Assembly (NCBI GenBank): GCA_021774615.1
Contig: JAJFIW010000036.1
Span: 37,318-101,317, forward strand
Direction: 5' to 3'
DNA from: Alphaproteobacteria bacterium
Lineage (GTDB): Bacteria; Pseudomonadota; Alphaproteobacteria; UBA1280; UBA6503
DNA length: 64,000 nucleotides
Shown piece after piece: positions 23,890-33,840 of the stretch. Each line of letters starts with the position of its first letter. Within the stretch, counting starts at the first letter, position 1. The notes beneath the pieces were generated by a model that was not told the DNA's origin, did no database searches, and saw only the letters and a program-made list of their open reading frames with translations. A program made the translations under genes and the position numbers.

Positions 23890-24836
23890 CCAAAAAAGCA
23901 AGCGATATGCGTATAGCCGTTACAGGTGGTTCTGGTTTTATAGGCCAGCGTCTGCTCGAGAAATTAGCTGAACAAGGCTTTAAAGTAAATGCGCTCGAAA
24001 ACCGTACTCCACTATACACCCATGAAAATATTACCCCGATTAAAGGTGGTTTGACTGACACCAATGCCTTGCAAAAACTAGTTAAAGGTTGTGATGTTGT
24101 TGTGCACGGGGCAGGGTTAATAGCTGCTCGCCGAGGCGCAGACTTTTATAAGGTTAATACCGAAGGCACTCGCCGTTTAGCACAAATTGCCAGCTACGAG
24201 AAAAACGAAAGATTTTTACTTGTTTCGAGCTTGTCTGCTCGGGAATTTGAACTGTCGGACTACGGCATGAGCAAGAAAAAAGCAGAACAATCCCTTAGCA
24301 CATTTCATAACTTAAAATGGGATGCTATACGCCCACCTGCTGTTTATGGCCCAGGGGATATGCAATTTTTGATGCTAATGAAAATGGTTAAAAGCGGCAC
24401 GGTATTGCTTCCTGCAGGTAGAGACGCCAGAGCATCTCTAGTTTTTGTTGACGACCTTGTAGACGCTGTTATTTCTTGGATATATAACGCTAAGCCAAAC
24501 AGTAATGTGTACGAAATTGACGATGGTATGGAAAATGGCTATTTGTGGCAAGATGTAGCCGCAAAAGCTGCCGAAATTCTTAATGTCAGCCCACGGTATT
24601 TGGTCCCGCCAAAATCTTTAGTGCAGTTACTATCGTATGCTAGTTTTCTTGCAGGTGAGGTAACAAGAACTATTCCGGCCTTACCGCCAGAAAAAGCACG
24701 CCAACTTTGCCACCATAACTGGGTCTGTAATGACCATACACTTGGGGAAGATATTAACTGGAAACCACAAGTTAGCTTTGACGAAGGGTTTAAAAAAACT
24801 ATTGCTTGGTATCAGGCAGAAGGGTTGTTACAATAA
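23886..24836 (+). CDS. NAD-dependent epimerase/dehydratase-family SDR (candidate 3-ketodihydrosphingosine/ceramide reductase, CerR-like)
   Basis: Rossmann motif VTGGSGFIGQRLLEKL and an SDR YxxxK region (YGMSKKKAE). The position between the acyl-ACP synthetase and the ACP mirrors the Caulobacter sphingolipid locus. Confidence 0.6.
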   Translation: MTKKASDMRIAVTGGSGFIGQRLLEKLAEQGFKVNALENRTPLYTHENITPIKGGLTDTNALQKLVKGCDVVVHGAGLIAARRGADFYKVNTEGTRRLAQIASYEKNERFLLVSSLSAREFELSDYGMSKKKAEQSLSTFHNLKWDAIRPPAVYGPGDMQFLMLMKMVKSGTVLLPAGRDARASLVFVDDLVDAVISWIYNAKPNSNVYEIDDGMENGYLWQDVAAKAAEILNVSPRYLVPPKSLVQLLSYASFLAGEVTRTIPALPPEKARQLCHHNWVCNDHTLGEDINWKPQVSFDEGFKKTIAWYQAEGLLQ

Positions 24837-24866
24837 CTACCTCTTTTTAATCTAAAGGAATAGACT

Positions 24867-25118
24867 ATGGCACAGACAACGCACGCACAAATAGTAGATA
24901 AAATCTGCGAAGAATTAAAAAGTATTGATACGGGTATCAAAATTGACCTGTCGGCTGATACTAACATGACTACTGATATCAAAGTAGACTCGTTGGATGT
25001 TATGGAATTAGTATTTGCATTAGAAGAAGCTTTTGATGCATCTATCCCAGTTAATGACTTAAGCGATGTATTTACAATTGGTGAGCTTGCATCACTAGTA
25101 CAAAAAAACATGGACTAA
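24867..25118 (+). CDS. Acyl carrier protein (dedicated, cluster-associated)
   Basis: 83 aa with the phosphopantetheine attachment motif DSLDVMELVFALEEAF. Confidence 0.85.
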   Translation: MAQTTHAQIVDKICEELKSIDTGIKIDLSADTNMTTDIKVDSLDVMELVFALEEAFDASIPVNDLSDVFTIGELASLVQKNMD

Positions 25119-25146
25119 CTAAAATATAATTTCTAAGGATAAAACT

Positions 25147-26337
25147 ATGGCAGACTTGCTCGATAAATTCCGCTCATTAAAAGAAATCCACACCAACATT
25201 GTAGAAATGGTGGGGCGTGACCCTTTGGGTGTACCATTCGAAAAAATGATATCACCAACCGAAGCGGTTATCGGCGGTAAAAATTGCGTATTGCTTGGTT
25301 CCAATAACTACCTTGGGCTTACATTCTACCAAGAGGGGATGGACGCTGCAAAGGCTGCTATTGATAAATCTGGAACTGGTACAACAGGCTCGCGGATGGC
25401 AAATGGTAGCTATAGTGGCCATATGGCTTTAGAAAGAAAGTTGGCCGAATTTTATGGTAAAAAACATGCCATGCTATTTACTACGGGCTATCAGGCTAAT
25501 GTAGGCTTTATTTCGGCTATTTCTGGCAAAGATGACTATATCTTTATCGATGCCGACAGCCACGCTAGTATTTATGATGGCTGTAAATTGGGTGATGGCA
25601 CAGTTATTCGCTTTCGCCACAATAATGCTGACGACTTAGCTCGCCGTTTGAAAAAACTCCCTGCAGATTCTAATAAAATAGTAATTGTTGAGGGCATATA
25701 CTCTATGTCGGGCGACCGTGCGCCATTAAAAGAGCTAGTTCGTGTAGCAAAAGAGTATAACGCCTACATCATGGTAGACGAAGCACACTCCTTAGGTGTT
25801 CTGGGCGAAAATGGTCGAGGGCTACTTGAAGAAGTAGGCGTTGAGGATGATGTAGACTTTGTGTTGGGTACATTCTCTAAAAGTGTTGGTACGATTGGCG
25901 GTTTTTGTGTGTCTAACCACCCTGAAATCGAAACAATGCGCTTTGCGTCACGTGCTTATATGTTTACAGCATCACCACCACCATCTATCGTGGCATCAGC
26001 AAGCGCAACCTTAGATTATATCCGCGATACACCAGAACTGCGTAAAAAACTGTGGGCAAACACCGATGTTGTCTACGATTCTTTAAAAGCTATGGGCTAT
26101 AAAGTAGGGGTAGAGAAAACCCCAGTTATAGGCATCCAAATGCCAAGCCTTGAAGAAGGCATTAGGGTTTGGAATGTATTGTTCGATAACGGTGTATATG
26201 TAAACATGGCATTACCACCAGCAATACCAATGGGTAAATGCTTACTCCGCTGCTCACCATCGGCAGCCCATACCCCCGAGCAACTCGAGCAAGTTGTGGC
26301 TGCATTTACAAAGGCACAACCTGCGGTCGCTGCTTAA
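25147..26337 (+). CDS. Alpha-oxoamine synthase; serine palmitoyltransferase-like (PLP-dependent aminotransferase class II)
   Basis: 396 aa with the PLP-lysine motif GTFSKSVGTIGG plus typical AOS blocks (GSNNYLGL; DEAHSLGVLG). Confidence 0.8.
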   Translation: MADLLDKFRSLKEIHTNIVEMVGRDPLGVPFEKMISPTEAVIGGKNCVLLGSNNYLGLTFYQEGMDAAKAAIDKSGTGTTGSRMANGSYSGHMALERKLAEFYGKKHAMLFTTGYQANVGFISAISGKDDYIFIDADSHASIYDGCKLGDGTVIRFRHNNADDLARRLKKLPADSNKIVIVEGIYSMSGDRAPLKELVRVAKEYNAYIMVDEAHSLGVLGENGRGLLEEVGVEDDVDFVLGTFSKSVGTIGGFCVSNHPEIETMRFASRAYMFTASPPPSIVASASATLDYIRDTPELRKKLWANTDVVYDSLKAMGYKVGVEKTPVIGIQMPSLEEGIRVWNVLFDNGVYVNMALPPAIPMGKCLLRCSPSAAHTPEQLEQVVAAFTKAQPAVAA

Positions 26338-26364
26338 AATGTAAATATTATAAGGAAGAGGTAA

Positions 26365-27078
26365 ATGTTTAAAATATTAGTTCTATCCTTATTTATTATT
26401 ACTCCATATTCTGCAACTGCAGAAACTATAGATGCTTTCATAAGTAAAATAGAGAAGGCATTCTCCATAGCGGATGTAGAAAATCGCAAACAAGCTATGC
26501 TAGAGCTTTTTTATTTACCAAATGCAGATGGAGAAGATATTAAAATGTACCATGATAGGATTATTGATAAACGCCTTGGTAAGCTAGAAGCTCCTAAATT
26601 GGGTACGGAGGCTTTACCCGAAGACTTTGTAATGAGCTATGTTAATAATGGTATAGAGTTTAAAGCCACGCTTACTCCTGTGGGTATGTTAACTTTTAAT
26701 GAAAAAATGAAAATACCATACGGTAAAAAACCAGATGGTAATTTTGCACTTGCTGGAATGCTTAAGCACAACGTAATAGCTAATGCCCCAGAAGACGTTG
26801 TATTAAACATGATGGTTATGGGTATGGGTAACCCTCCCGTTAGATTTTCTGGCTACTGTGATGTTATGCAAGCCAATAATAAAACTAGGCGCATGACATT
26901 CGAAGACAATAATAATGGTAATAATACATTGGCTACATGGGCGCAATATGTACACTCGTGCGAAGTAAAAAAACTATCTACACATGGTACACTTCAACTT
27001 AGAATTACCGCTGGGGATACTGATATATTTAAAAAAGTTATTTCTGAGAAAGACAGAAAAATTATTTACCAGCACTAA
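26365..27078 (+). CDS. Secreted/periplasmic hypothetical protein
   Basis: Signal peptide MFKILVLSLFIITPYSATA. No recognised domain. Confidence 0.4.
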   Translation: MFKILVLSLFIITPYSATAETIDAFISKIEKAFSIADVENRKQAMLELFYLPNADGEDIKMYHDRIIDKRLGKLEAPKLGTEALPEDFVMSYVNNGIEFKATLTPVGMLTFNEKMKIPYGKKPDGNFALAGMLKHNVIANAPEDVVLNMMVMGMGNPPVRFSGYCDVMQANNKTRRMTFEDNNNGNNTLATWAQYVHSCEVKKLSTHGTLQLRITAGDTDIFKKVISEKDRKIIYQH

Positions 27079-27998
27079 CCCACAATCTTGCGAGTAAGGA
27101 CTTTATAAAGCAATGGCCAGCCACCGATTAGGGGGTGACGGCGTTGGAAGTCTGTGGCTTCAATGCGTTCGCCGGTGTGGCGTTCGATTTTCCAGATTAT
27201 ATAGTCTACAGCGCCATCAAAAGTGAGCGGGGCTTTTATAAGGCGTAGTAGTGTTACCAGCTTACCGCTTAAGCGCCTAATTGGTGTGTTTAGTTTTTTA
27301 AATAGATGCTGCTTAGAGCTAGACTGTATAGCAAACTTGTTGTTATCTTCTTTTCTTAATAACTTAGGGTTATTTTGGGCAAAAAGTTCGGTGCATTTAT
27401 CAAACCGTGTTGGCGATGCATCGTATATAGAGTTTTGCCTTGCTTTTGACTCGCTCCGCAATTCTGACCCATATGTGTCGGCCATGCCTGTGGTCCAGAT
27501 TTCTTGTGGGGTAACTGTGCCTTGTAATAGTGGGATACTGCGGCGGTGGAATGTTTCTACTGCCATTGCTAAAGAGTCAATAACTTTGTTTTCTCTATGT
27601 TTGCCACGTGCCCAAACAAGCCTGCAAGGCTGCGAGAACCTTGCCCATATACTTGGTGCAACACTCCAACCATTAGCAGCTCTTTCAAACTGCTTAACAG
27701 TCATAACGGCGTATTTACAACGTAGAGTTTTGCCATCATGGGAAATTTCTTTGTAGTAAACATTGGGTGGTAAAATAGCACCCCAAAAACGGTGGCTTAG
27801 TGGTGAGGATGCAGCTTTAAAGCTATCGACTAGTAAGTAAAAATCCATAACAGTGTCGTCGGCTAGTTCTTTCCAAAGGCCAGAACCATAAAACATAACT
27901 GCTGCTGCACCATTATTGCCTTTATAGATGCTTTCAGCCATTGCGATAACTTCGCCTTTGCAAGGGGTAAGGCATTCGTGCTTTATAAGGTCGCGCAT
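27075..27998 (-). CDS. Nucleotidyltransferase-fold protein, possibly Tam41/Mmp37-like (phosphatidate cytidylyltransferase-like)
   Basis: Minimal NTase motif (YGSGLWKELADDTVMDFYLLVD: GS...D.D). The size and helical C-terminal half resemble the eukaryotic mitochondrial CDP-DAG synthase Tam41. This is a low-confidence family call. Confidence 0.35.
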   Translation of the reverse strand: MRDLIKHECLTPCKGEVIAMAESIYKGNNGAAAVMFYGSGLWKELADDTVMDFYLLVDSFKAASSPLSHRFWGAILPPNVYYKEISHDGKTLRCKYAVMTVKQFERAANGWSVAPSIWARFSQPCRLVWARGKHRENKVIDSLAMAVETFHRRSIPLLQGTVTPQEIWTTGMADTYGSELRSESKARQNSIYDASPTRFDKCTELFAQNNPKLLRKEDNNKFAIQSSSKQHLFKKLNTPIRRLSGKLVTLLRLIKAPLTFDGAVDYIIWKIERHTGERIEATDFQRRHPLIGGWPLLYKVLTRKIVG

Positions 27999-28006
27999 AA
28001 AAAAGG

Positions 28007-28969
28007 CTAGGCCTTTCCTAGAGCAAAAGTAAATGGCTTTTCTATACTAACCGAGATTGGGGCATCTTCAGATGCTTGGTACATTTCGCCGTCAAGTGTC
28101 CACTCTCCATCAAAACTTAGGTCGCAACTATCTGTACGGAAACCAATGCAGCCGTCATCTTTTTTTGGGTCAAGAGGGTGTTTACCGAAAAGTAAGGTTG
28201 GTAAATGGTGGATAAACCGTTTGTATGGGTTAAATACACCCATAACTGACATCCCACCTTTACCTTGTTGTTGGGGCTTTATGCCTAGCAGCAGTTTATC
28301 TAGCGATGTAATTGTGAGAAATACAGTATCTACCTTTTGGGTTGTAGAGTTGTGTTTAATAGTTGTAGGTGTTGGTTTTAATAATAAATCTTCTGTTGGT
28401 TTTCCTTGTGCTAAGCGCCATAGCATAATTGCCATAGTTACGCTTTCGCTAAAAGTGCTATTAAAACCACGGTCATGGAGGTTTTTACGTGTTTTATGGA
28501 TAACCCTAGGGATGGCAGATGTACCAAGGAAAAAACCGTATAATGGAGTTTTTCTAGTGTCTGATTTTACTGCAATTGGAGCACGAGAAACAGTTTTAAC
28601 AATACCTTCATCAGCCCATTGCAAAAGGTCTAGTATAGGTTGGTTCGAGTCGCCACTAAAACCAACATCTTTATGGGCCATATTGGTTGTGCCTGCATCA
28701 TAAAGGGCTATGGTAGGCTCTTTTTTGAATAGTTTTTTTGCCCGTAGCTCTGTCATAACGGTATCTAGTGTGCCATCGCCACCAATAATTGCTAGGTAAT
28801 CTGCATTTTTTGCTGCTATATCTTCGAGAGCTTGGGGGATGTCATCTACCGAGTTTGTTTGTTGAAAAACAATGTTCTTAGCATTGCGGACGCTATCTAT
28901 ATGGCTATGGATAGCTCCACGCCTTTTTTTACCGCTATTAGGGTTGTAAATAACACCAATAATTGCCAC
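28007..28969 (-). CDS. Lipid kinase of the DAGK_cat family (diacylglycerol/sphingosine/ceramide kinase-like)
   Basis: N-terminus IGVIYNPNSGKKR... and the catalytic GGDGT motif (IIGGDGTLDTV). This is the YegS/BmrU/LCB5-type fold. Confidence 0.7.
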   Translation of the reverse strand: MAIIGVIYNPNSGKKRRGAIHSHIDSVRNAKNIVFQQTNSVDDIPQALEDIAAKNADYLAIIGGDGTLDTVMTELRAKKLFKKEPTIALYDAGTTNMAHKDVGFSGDSNQPILDLLQWADEGIVKTVSRAPIAVKSDTRKTPLYGFFLGTSAIPRVIHKTRKNLHDRGFNSTFSESVTMAIMLWRLAQGKPTEDLLLKPTPTTIKHNSTTQKVDTVFLTITSLDKLLLGIKPQQQGKGGMSVMGVFNPYKRFIHHLPTLLFGKHPLDPKKDDGCIGFRTDSCDLSFDGEWTLDGEMYQASEDAPISVSIEKPFTFALGKA

Positions 28970-28973
28970 AGGT

Positions 28974-30146
28974 TTACCTCTCTAACCATGATATAACACG
29001 GCCACCTGTTAAAACTTTAAATTCAGCCTGTATAATCTGTAGTAAGTGTACCAGTAATGAGGCAAAAGTCCAACCAGCAATTGCCCAAACAGCCCAGTCT
29101 GGGCGGTTTATAACAACACAAGCTGTCATTAGCAGCATGTTTGGGTTGCGACGGGCTGTAATTAGCCTGAAGAAACTATCAAACTTACGCCAAATATGCA
29201 TATGGATATGGAAACGAACAATAAAGTACCCCTCTAATATGCGTTGTGCCACATAGCCACCAACAATAACTATAAGTAGCATATTAAGAGTTTCTTTTGG
29301 TAACTCCATGCCCACATGTACTAGCCCGTAAGCCCAAGCTACATACCAAAATGGTGGGTGGATAAGGTCTGTACCGTGATCTAGGATATTCCCTATTTTT
29401 GACGATGTAAATGTAACCCTAGCAAGCTTGCCGTCTACAGTGTCAAGGAATGTCATAATCCAGCCAGCTAGTAGACCTAATGCATATTGCCCTTCCCAAA
29501 AGAGGAATAGAGCATAAAACATTAGAATTATGCCAGCAATAGTAACCATATTAGGGCTTATATTTGCTTTAATACACCATTTAGTTACAACCATTGCAGG
29601 GCGAGGCCAAAAATATTTAGTAACAAAGTCTGTTACACCTTTATATGTTCCCATGAAAATTCGGTGTTCTGTTTGTTTAAGAGTCTCATCATCAAGCTTC
29701 AAACAGTAAGGAGCTTCTTTTTTGCGCAAATCCGAGTCAAAGTTACCGCCAATAGTAGCAGTTGTTTTGGCCTCCAACCCTGTAGGGATATCATTTTTGC
29801 CTTGTAGCCATTTTATTGCAGCAGCAGCTTGTTTTGGTATGGTGTGCACTGCTAGCGGGACATTATTGTCTGTCAAAACTGTTTGGGTACTGTCGATAAG
29901 ACCAGATAAAATAGGTTTGTCGTATGCATAGTCTGTCATTATTAGAATAATGGTATTATTACTGGGTACAGTGTTTAAATCTGATTCTTCAATGACTTCT
30001 ATATTCATATTGCTAAATATGCGGCGTAGGCGTTCAGCACCACTTAGCCCCCAAACTTTAGGGGAAATGTTAGTGCCACGGTTCAATAAAACCACCGTAA
30101 TGGCATTTAGTTGTGATGGTTGTTTGACATTTGCAGTATTTTTCAT
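28974..30146 (-). CDS. CDP-alcohol phosphatidyltransferase-family membrane enzyme with an extra N-terminal soluble domain (fusion)
   Basis: Exact CDP-OH PT signature DG(x2)AR(x8)G(x3)D(x3)D (DTVDGKLARVTFTSSKIGNILDHGTD) in the membrane-embedded C-terminal half. The N-terminal ~150 aa soluble domain may be a cytidylyltransferase-like module, as in archaeal IPCT/DIPPS fusions. Confidence 0.75.
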   Translation of the reverse strand: MKNTANVKQPSQLNAITVVLLNRGTNISPKVWGLSGAERLRRIFSNMNIEVIEESDLNTVPSNNTIILIMTDYAYDKPILSGLIDSTQTVLTDNNVPLAVHTIPKQAAAAIKWLQGKNDIPTGLEAKTTATIGGNFDSDLRKKEAPYCLKLDDETLKQTEHRIFMGTYKGVTDFVTKYFWPRPAMVVTKWCIKANISPNMVTIAGIILMFYALFLFWEGQYALGLLAGWIMTFLDTVDGKLARVTFTSSKIGNILDHGTDLIHPPFWYVAWAYGLVHVGMELPKETLNMLLIVIVGGYVAQRILEGYFIVRFHIHMHIWRKFDSFFRLITARRNPNMLLMTACVVINRPDWAVWAIAGWTFASLLVHLLQIIQAEFKVLTGGRVISWLER

Positions 30147-30184
30147 AACAATGACTTTACCTAAATTAAGGGATACATAAATTT

Positions 30185-31039
30185 ATGTTATTTGCACACA
30201 TTACTGATATTCATTTACCGCTTACTAAAGCGAAGCCGTACGAACTTATCAGTAAGAGGGTTTTATCGTATCTATCTTGGCATCTCAAGCGCAAAAATCA
30301 TCATATAGACGAAGTTACTAATTTGTTGTTAGAAGATATGCGTTCTTTTAAACCTGACCATATTTGTGTTACAGGTGATATTACCAACCTAGGGTTGCCC
30401 TCTGAAATGGCGCAAGCTAAGGTATGGCTTGATAACTTAGCCCCTGTCGAACAAATTAGTTTTGTTCCTGGCAACCATGACGCGCTTGTTTACTCCGCAG
30501 AAAAAAGAATTAAAGAATTTTTTGGCAAATGGATGATTTCTGATGACAGTAGTGCAGAATTACCATTTTTACAGGTTAAAGGTAATATAGCTTTTATTGG
30601 TGTAGACTCGGCCATTGCTACAAAGCCTTTTTCTGCTAGAGGCAAGGTAGGCAAAAAACAGATGGCAAGGTTAGAAAAAATTCTACAGGAAACAAAAGAA
30701 AAAGGCTTGTATCGAGTTGTTCTTATTCACCACCCTCCATTACTTGACATGGTCGAGAAAAAACGAAAAAGCTTGATTGATGCTCCAGAGCTAGAAAAAG
30801 TCTTGGAAAGATCAGGTGCTGAGCTAGTAATACATGGGCATAATCATATCCCCATTCACCGTAAAGTTGGGCAAACAGATATTTTCGGTGCAGGGTCTGC
30901 TTCTATGGTTGACCCAGACGGTAAAGGGCTTGCTCACTATAGTATTTACAGTATTGATGATAATAATAAGTTAACCGTAGAGCATCGGGTTTATGACTTA
31001 GACAGTAAAAAATTTGTTGCCTATAAATCACACGATTAA
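30185..31039 (+). CDS. Metallophosphoesterase (calcineurin-like phosphoesterase)
   Basis: Motifs DIHLP, VTGDITNLG, GNHD, and a HGHNH region. Confidence 0.75.
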   Translation: MLFAHITDIHLPLTKAKPYELISKRVLSYLSWHLKRKNHHIDEVTNLLLEDMRSFKPDHICVTGDITNLGLPSEMAQAKVWLDNLAPVEQISFVPGNHDALVYSAEKRIKEFFGKWMISDDSSAELPFLQVKGNIAFIGVDSAIATKPFSARGKVGKKQMARLEKILQETKEKGLYRVVLIHHPPLLDMVEKKRKSLIDAPELEKVLERSGAELVIHGHNHIPIHRKVGQTDIFGAGSASMVDPDGKGLAHYSIYSIDDNNKLTVEHRVYDLDSKKFVAYKSHD

Positions 31040-31130
31040 TATTTTTTCGGGTTTTTATAAAAATACTGTATACAAAAGTATGTTTATTGTGGCATAAAGA
31101 CATTTGTAAATATGGAGAAATTTTTGGTCT

Positions 31131-31901
31131 ATGAAAGCTATTATTCTTAGTGCAGGGCAAGGCACACGATTATTACCAATGACAGAACAAACACCTAAGT
31201 GTTTACTGCCTTTAGCTGGTGGTACAAATATACTTCGTTGGCAGCTAGACCAACTAGAAGAAGCTGGTATTAAAGAAACTATCGTAGTAACAGGTTTTCA
31301 TGCTGATAAAGTTTGCACAGAGCTTGCAATGCCGCGAGCCTTCATGAAAACAAAAGCAGTTTATAACCCATTTTTTAAAGTAGCCGATAACCTTGGTAGT
31401 GTTTGGATTGCACGTCAAGAGATGACAGAAGACTTCATCCTACTTAATGGTGATACTCTATTTACAACCGATGTTGTACAGCGCCTTATTGCTAATGCTC
31501 ACCAACCAATAACAGTTACAGTTGCTTATAAAGACAGATACGACTCTGATGACATGAAAGTTACCTTAAAAGACGAAGGTATTGTTCATTCAATCGGTAA
31601 AACTATTGATATGAGCAATGTTGATGCTGAGTCCATCGGTATGATTATGTTCCGTAACCATGGTAGTAAAACATTCCGTGAAGCTGTAGAAACAGTAATG
31701 ATGGATCAAACATCATTAAAAAGATATTATCTGTCTGTAATCGATATGCTTGCAAAAGGCATTACTATCGGTACAGCAGAAGCACTACAAGAAGAGTGGT
31801 GCGAGGTTGACTTCCCGCTTGACTTTGAAAGAGCGCAAAAAGCCATTACTAACTGGCAGTCTATGATGAGCCCTTCCATTCAAGGTGCTGTCACAGCTTA
31901 G
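31131..31901 (+). CDS. Nucleotidyltransferase (NTP_transferase family; LicC/phospho-sugar or phospho-alcohol cytidylyl/nucleotidyltransferase-like)
   Basis: N-terminal signature MKAIILSAGQGTRLLPMTEQTPKCLLPL. Confidence 0.7.
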   Translation: MKAIILSAGQGTRLLPMTEQTPKCLLPLAGGTNILRWQLDQLEEAGIKETIVVTGFHADKVCTELAMPRAFMKTKAVYNPFFKVADNLGSVWIARQEMTEDFILLNGDTLFTTDVVQRLIANAHQPITVTVAYKDRYDSDDMKVTLKDEGIVHSIGKTIDMSNVDAESIGMIMFRNHGSKTFREAVETVMMDQTSLKRYYLSVIDMLAKGITIGTAEALQEEWCEVDFPLDFERAQKAITNWQSMMSPSIQGAVTA

Positions 31902-31909
31902 TTTAGTTA

Positions 31910-32710
31910 CTATTGACGACTATTAAAGATCTGGCGCACTAGCGTCAGGTCTTCTTTTTTATCTACATCAATAGCAGCTTCAGGAGTTTGCATAAGCTTA
32001 AGGTAAATGTTGCACTTTGTTAGTTTATTAAGGCGTTTTATAATATTTTCTCTGCGTAGACTGCCCATCATATAGCGTAATAAAACAATAAAGCCCACAA
32101 CAAAAGCTAATTTTATTGGGGTTTTACGGCTGTTCTCAGCTTTTTGCCAGAAATTAGCTACATTGGCTGATTTTGGCTGATTAAATAAAAATAGGTTACA
32201 ACCCCCAATCGCACCATCAGCAAAGCTCAGGCGGGTACGTTTAACTTGTGGGTAGGCATTTTCTACTATATCTACTTTGGCTATTGCTGCTGTAAAATCA
32301 GCCTCTAAGGTTGCTTTATCTTGAATAAACTCGTCAAGGATCTGGTGGTCTAATAAGGGGTGGTCGGCGGTTGTAACTAAAACAGGTTTTTTTATGTCTT
32401 TAAGCCCCATAATAATGCTTTTACAAGGCGTTGTTCCCGTTTCTATAATGCGTATCTTGCCTTTATTTAGTAACTCGTATAGAAGGGGAGCTTCTTCTGA
32501 CATCGCAAACTCTTTTGAGATACTAACCGTTATACCAGCAGTTTTTGGCCATGTATTTAAAGTATGTAATACACGGTCTATCATTGGTGTGCCTGCAATA
32601 TCTACAAATGCTTTGCACAGCTTACCTTCGCCTTTGGCTATAGGGTCGCCACTTTGGCGGCTACCTGCAAGTAATAAAATATTAAATTTTTGCTCTGTTT
32701 CTTCGGGCAT
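31910..32710 (-). CDS. MobA-like/IspD-like nucleotidyltransferase (NTP_transf_3 family)
   Basis: N-terminus ILLLAGSRQSGDPIAKGEGKLCKAFVDIAGTPMIDRVL, matching the glycine-rich loop of the small cytidylyl/guanylyltransferase family. Confidence 0.5.
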   Translation of the reverse strand: MPEETEQKFNILLLAGSRQSGDPIAKGEGKLCKAFVDIAGTPMIDRVLHTLNTWPKTAGITVSISKEFAMSEEAPLLYELLNKGKIRIIETGTTPCKSIIMGLKDIKKPVLVTTADHPLLDHQILDEFIQDKATLEADFTAAIAKVDIVENAYPQVKRTRLSFADGAIGGCNLFLFNQPKSANVANFWQKAENSRKTPIKLAFVVGFIVLLRYMMGSLRRENIIKRLNKLTKCNIYLKLMQTPEAAIDVDKKEDLTLVRQIFNSRQ

Positions 32711-32712
32711 AA

Positions 32713-33840
32713 TTAGGCAATACCTTTTTCATATATACGATATTTTTTATTAAGGGTACCGCCAACAAACTCGATGATTTTGCTCATTGGTTTGTTGTCT
32801 TCTAGGATCCATGACAGCTCAACTTGTTCAAAACTTTTCTTTTGCCCAATTTCATGGATATGCACAACTAGTGCTGCAGCCAGTGCACCGCCTAGGGTTG
32901 TTCCTTGGTGCTCTTTACGAATGCCCATTAAAACAACACGCCCACCTTTTGTACCACGAACCTTTAGACGCCAAAGCAGCTTAAGCCACCCAAAAGGGAA
33001 CAAGCTTCCTTTTAAGTCTTTAATAGCTTCGTTTACATCTGGTAAGGCAATAATCATTCCTGCGGATTTACCATCAACCGAAATAATTCGTGCGAGATCT
33101 GGATCTATAAGTGGCTTTAGGTTTTTGGCCATGTAGCTTATTTCTTCTGCAGTCATTGGGGTGAAACCCCAGTTATTTGACCAGGCATCGTTAAAAATAT
33201 CCATAACTAGTTTTAGCTCTTGGTCTAAATTTTTAACATCTATTGCTCGCTCTTGTACTTTAGGGTTACGCATAGCATATTTTGCCATACGCTTTGCATT
33301 AGCAGGGAAAGGGTTTGCAACCTCAAGGTTATAAGCAAAAAGATCTTGAACTTTTTTATAACCATCTTTTTCTAGAGATTTTGCATACCAAGGCTTTGCA
33401 TAGTTCATTAGTAGGCGTGCAGAGCTATCAAAGCCTTCCACTAACAAACCAACCTCATCGTTAATAGATAAGCTATAAGGCCCCGTTACTTTTTTTATAC
33501 CTTGCCCTCTAAGCCACTCTTCAGCTTCGATTAGTAGTGCTCTTAGTGTGGTTTCGTCTGCGGCTTCTAAGCAACCAAAGTGGCCAGTGTTCTTAGAGTC
33601 TTCCTCTTGGTGGTCAACCTGTGCACTAATCCGCCCTACAGGCTTTCCTTCAGGGTTATAAGCAACAAATAATTGGCAATCAGCATGGTCAAAAAAGGGG
33701 TTTTTCTTTGGGTTTAAATGTTCTTTACGTTCCATTGTAAGTTGCTGCACGTAGTTTTCATCGTCCTGATATAAATAATTAGGAACATTGATAAAATCAG
33801 TCAGACATTTATGGCTATTTGCAGAACAAACCTTAATCAT
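32713..33840 (-). CDS. GNAT-like N-acyltransferase, candidate bacterial ceramide synthase (bCerS-like)
   Basis: 375 aa with a C-terminal GNAT-type acyl-CoA binding motif (VVLMGIRKEHQGTTLGGALAAAL). The gene is co-located with the Spt/ACP/reductase genes and a sphingolipid-type hydroxylase. The functional call is by context. Confidence 0.4.
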   Translation of the reverse strand: MIKVCSANSHKCLTDFINVPNYLYQDDENYVQQLTMERKEHLNPKKNPFFDHADCQLFVAYNPEGKPVGRISAQVDHQEEDSKNTGHFGCLEAADETTLRALLIEAEEWLRGQGIKKVTGPYSLSINDEVGLLVEGFDSSARLLMNYAKPWYAKSLEKDGYKKVQDLFAYNLEVANPFPANAKRMAKYAMRNPKVQERAIDVKNLDQELKLVMDIFNDAWSNNWGFTPMTAEEISYMAKNLKPLIDPDLARIISVDGKSAGMIIALPDVNEAIKDLKGSLFPFGWLKLLWRLKVRGTKGGRVVLMGIRKEHQGTTLGGALAAALVVHIHEIGQKKSFEQVELSWILEDNKPMSKIIEFVGGTLNKKYRIYEKGIA

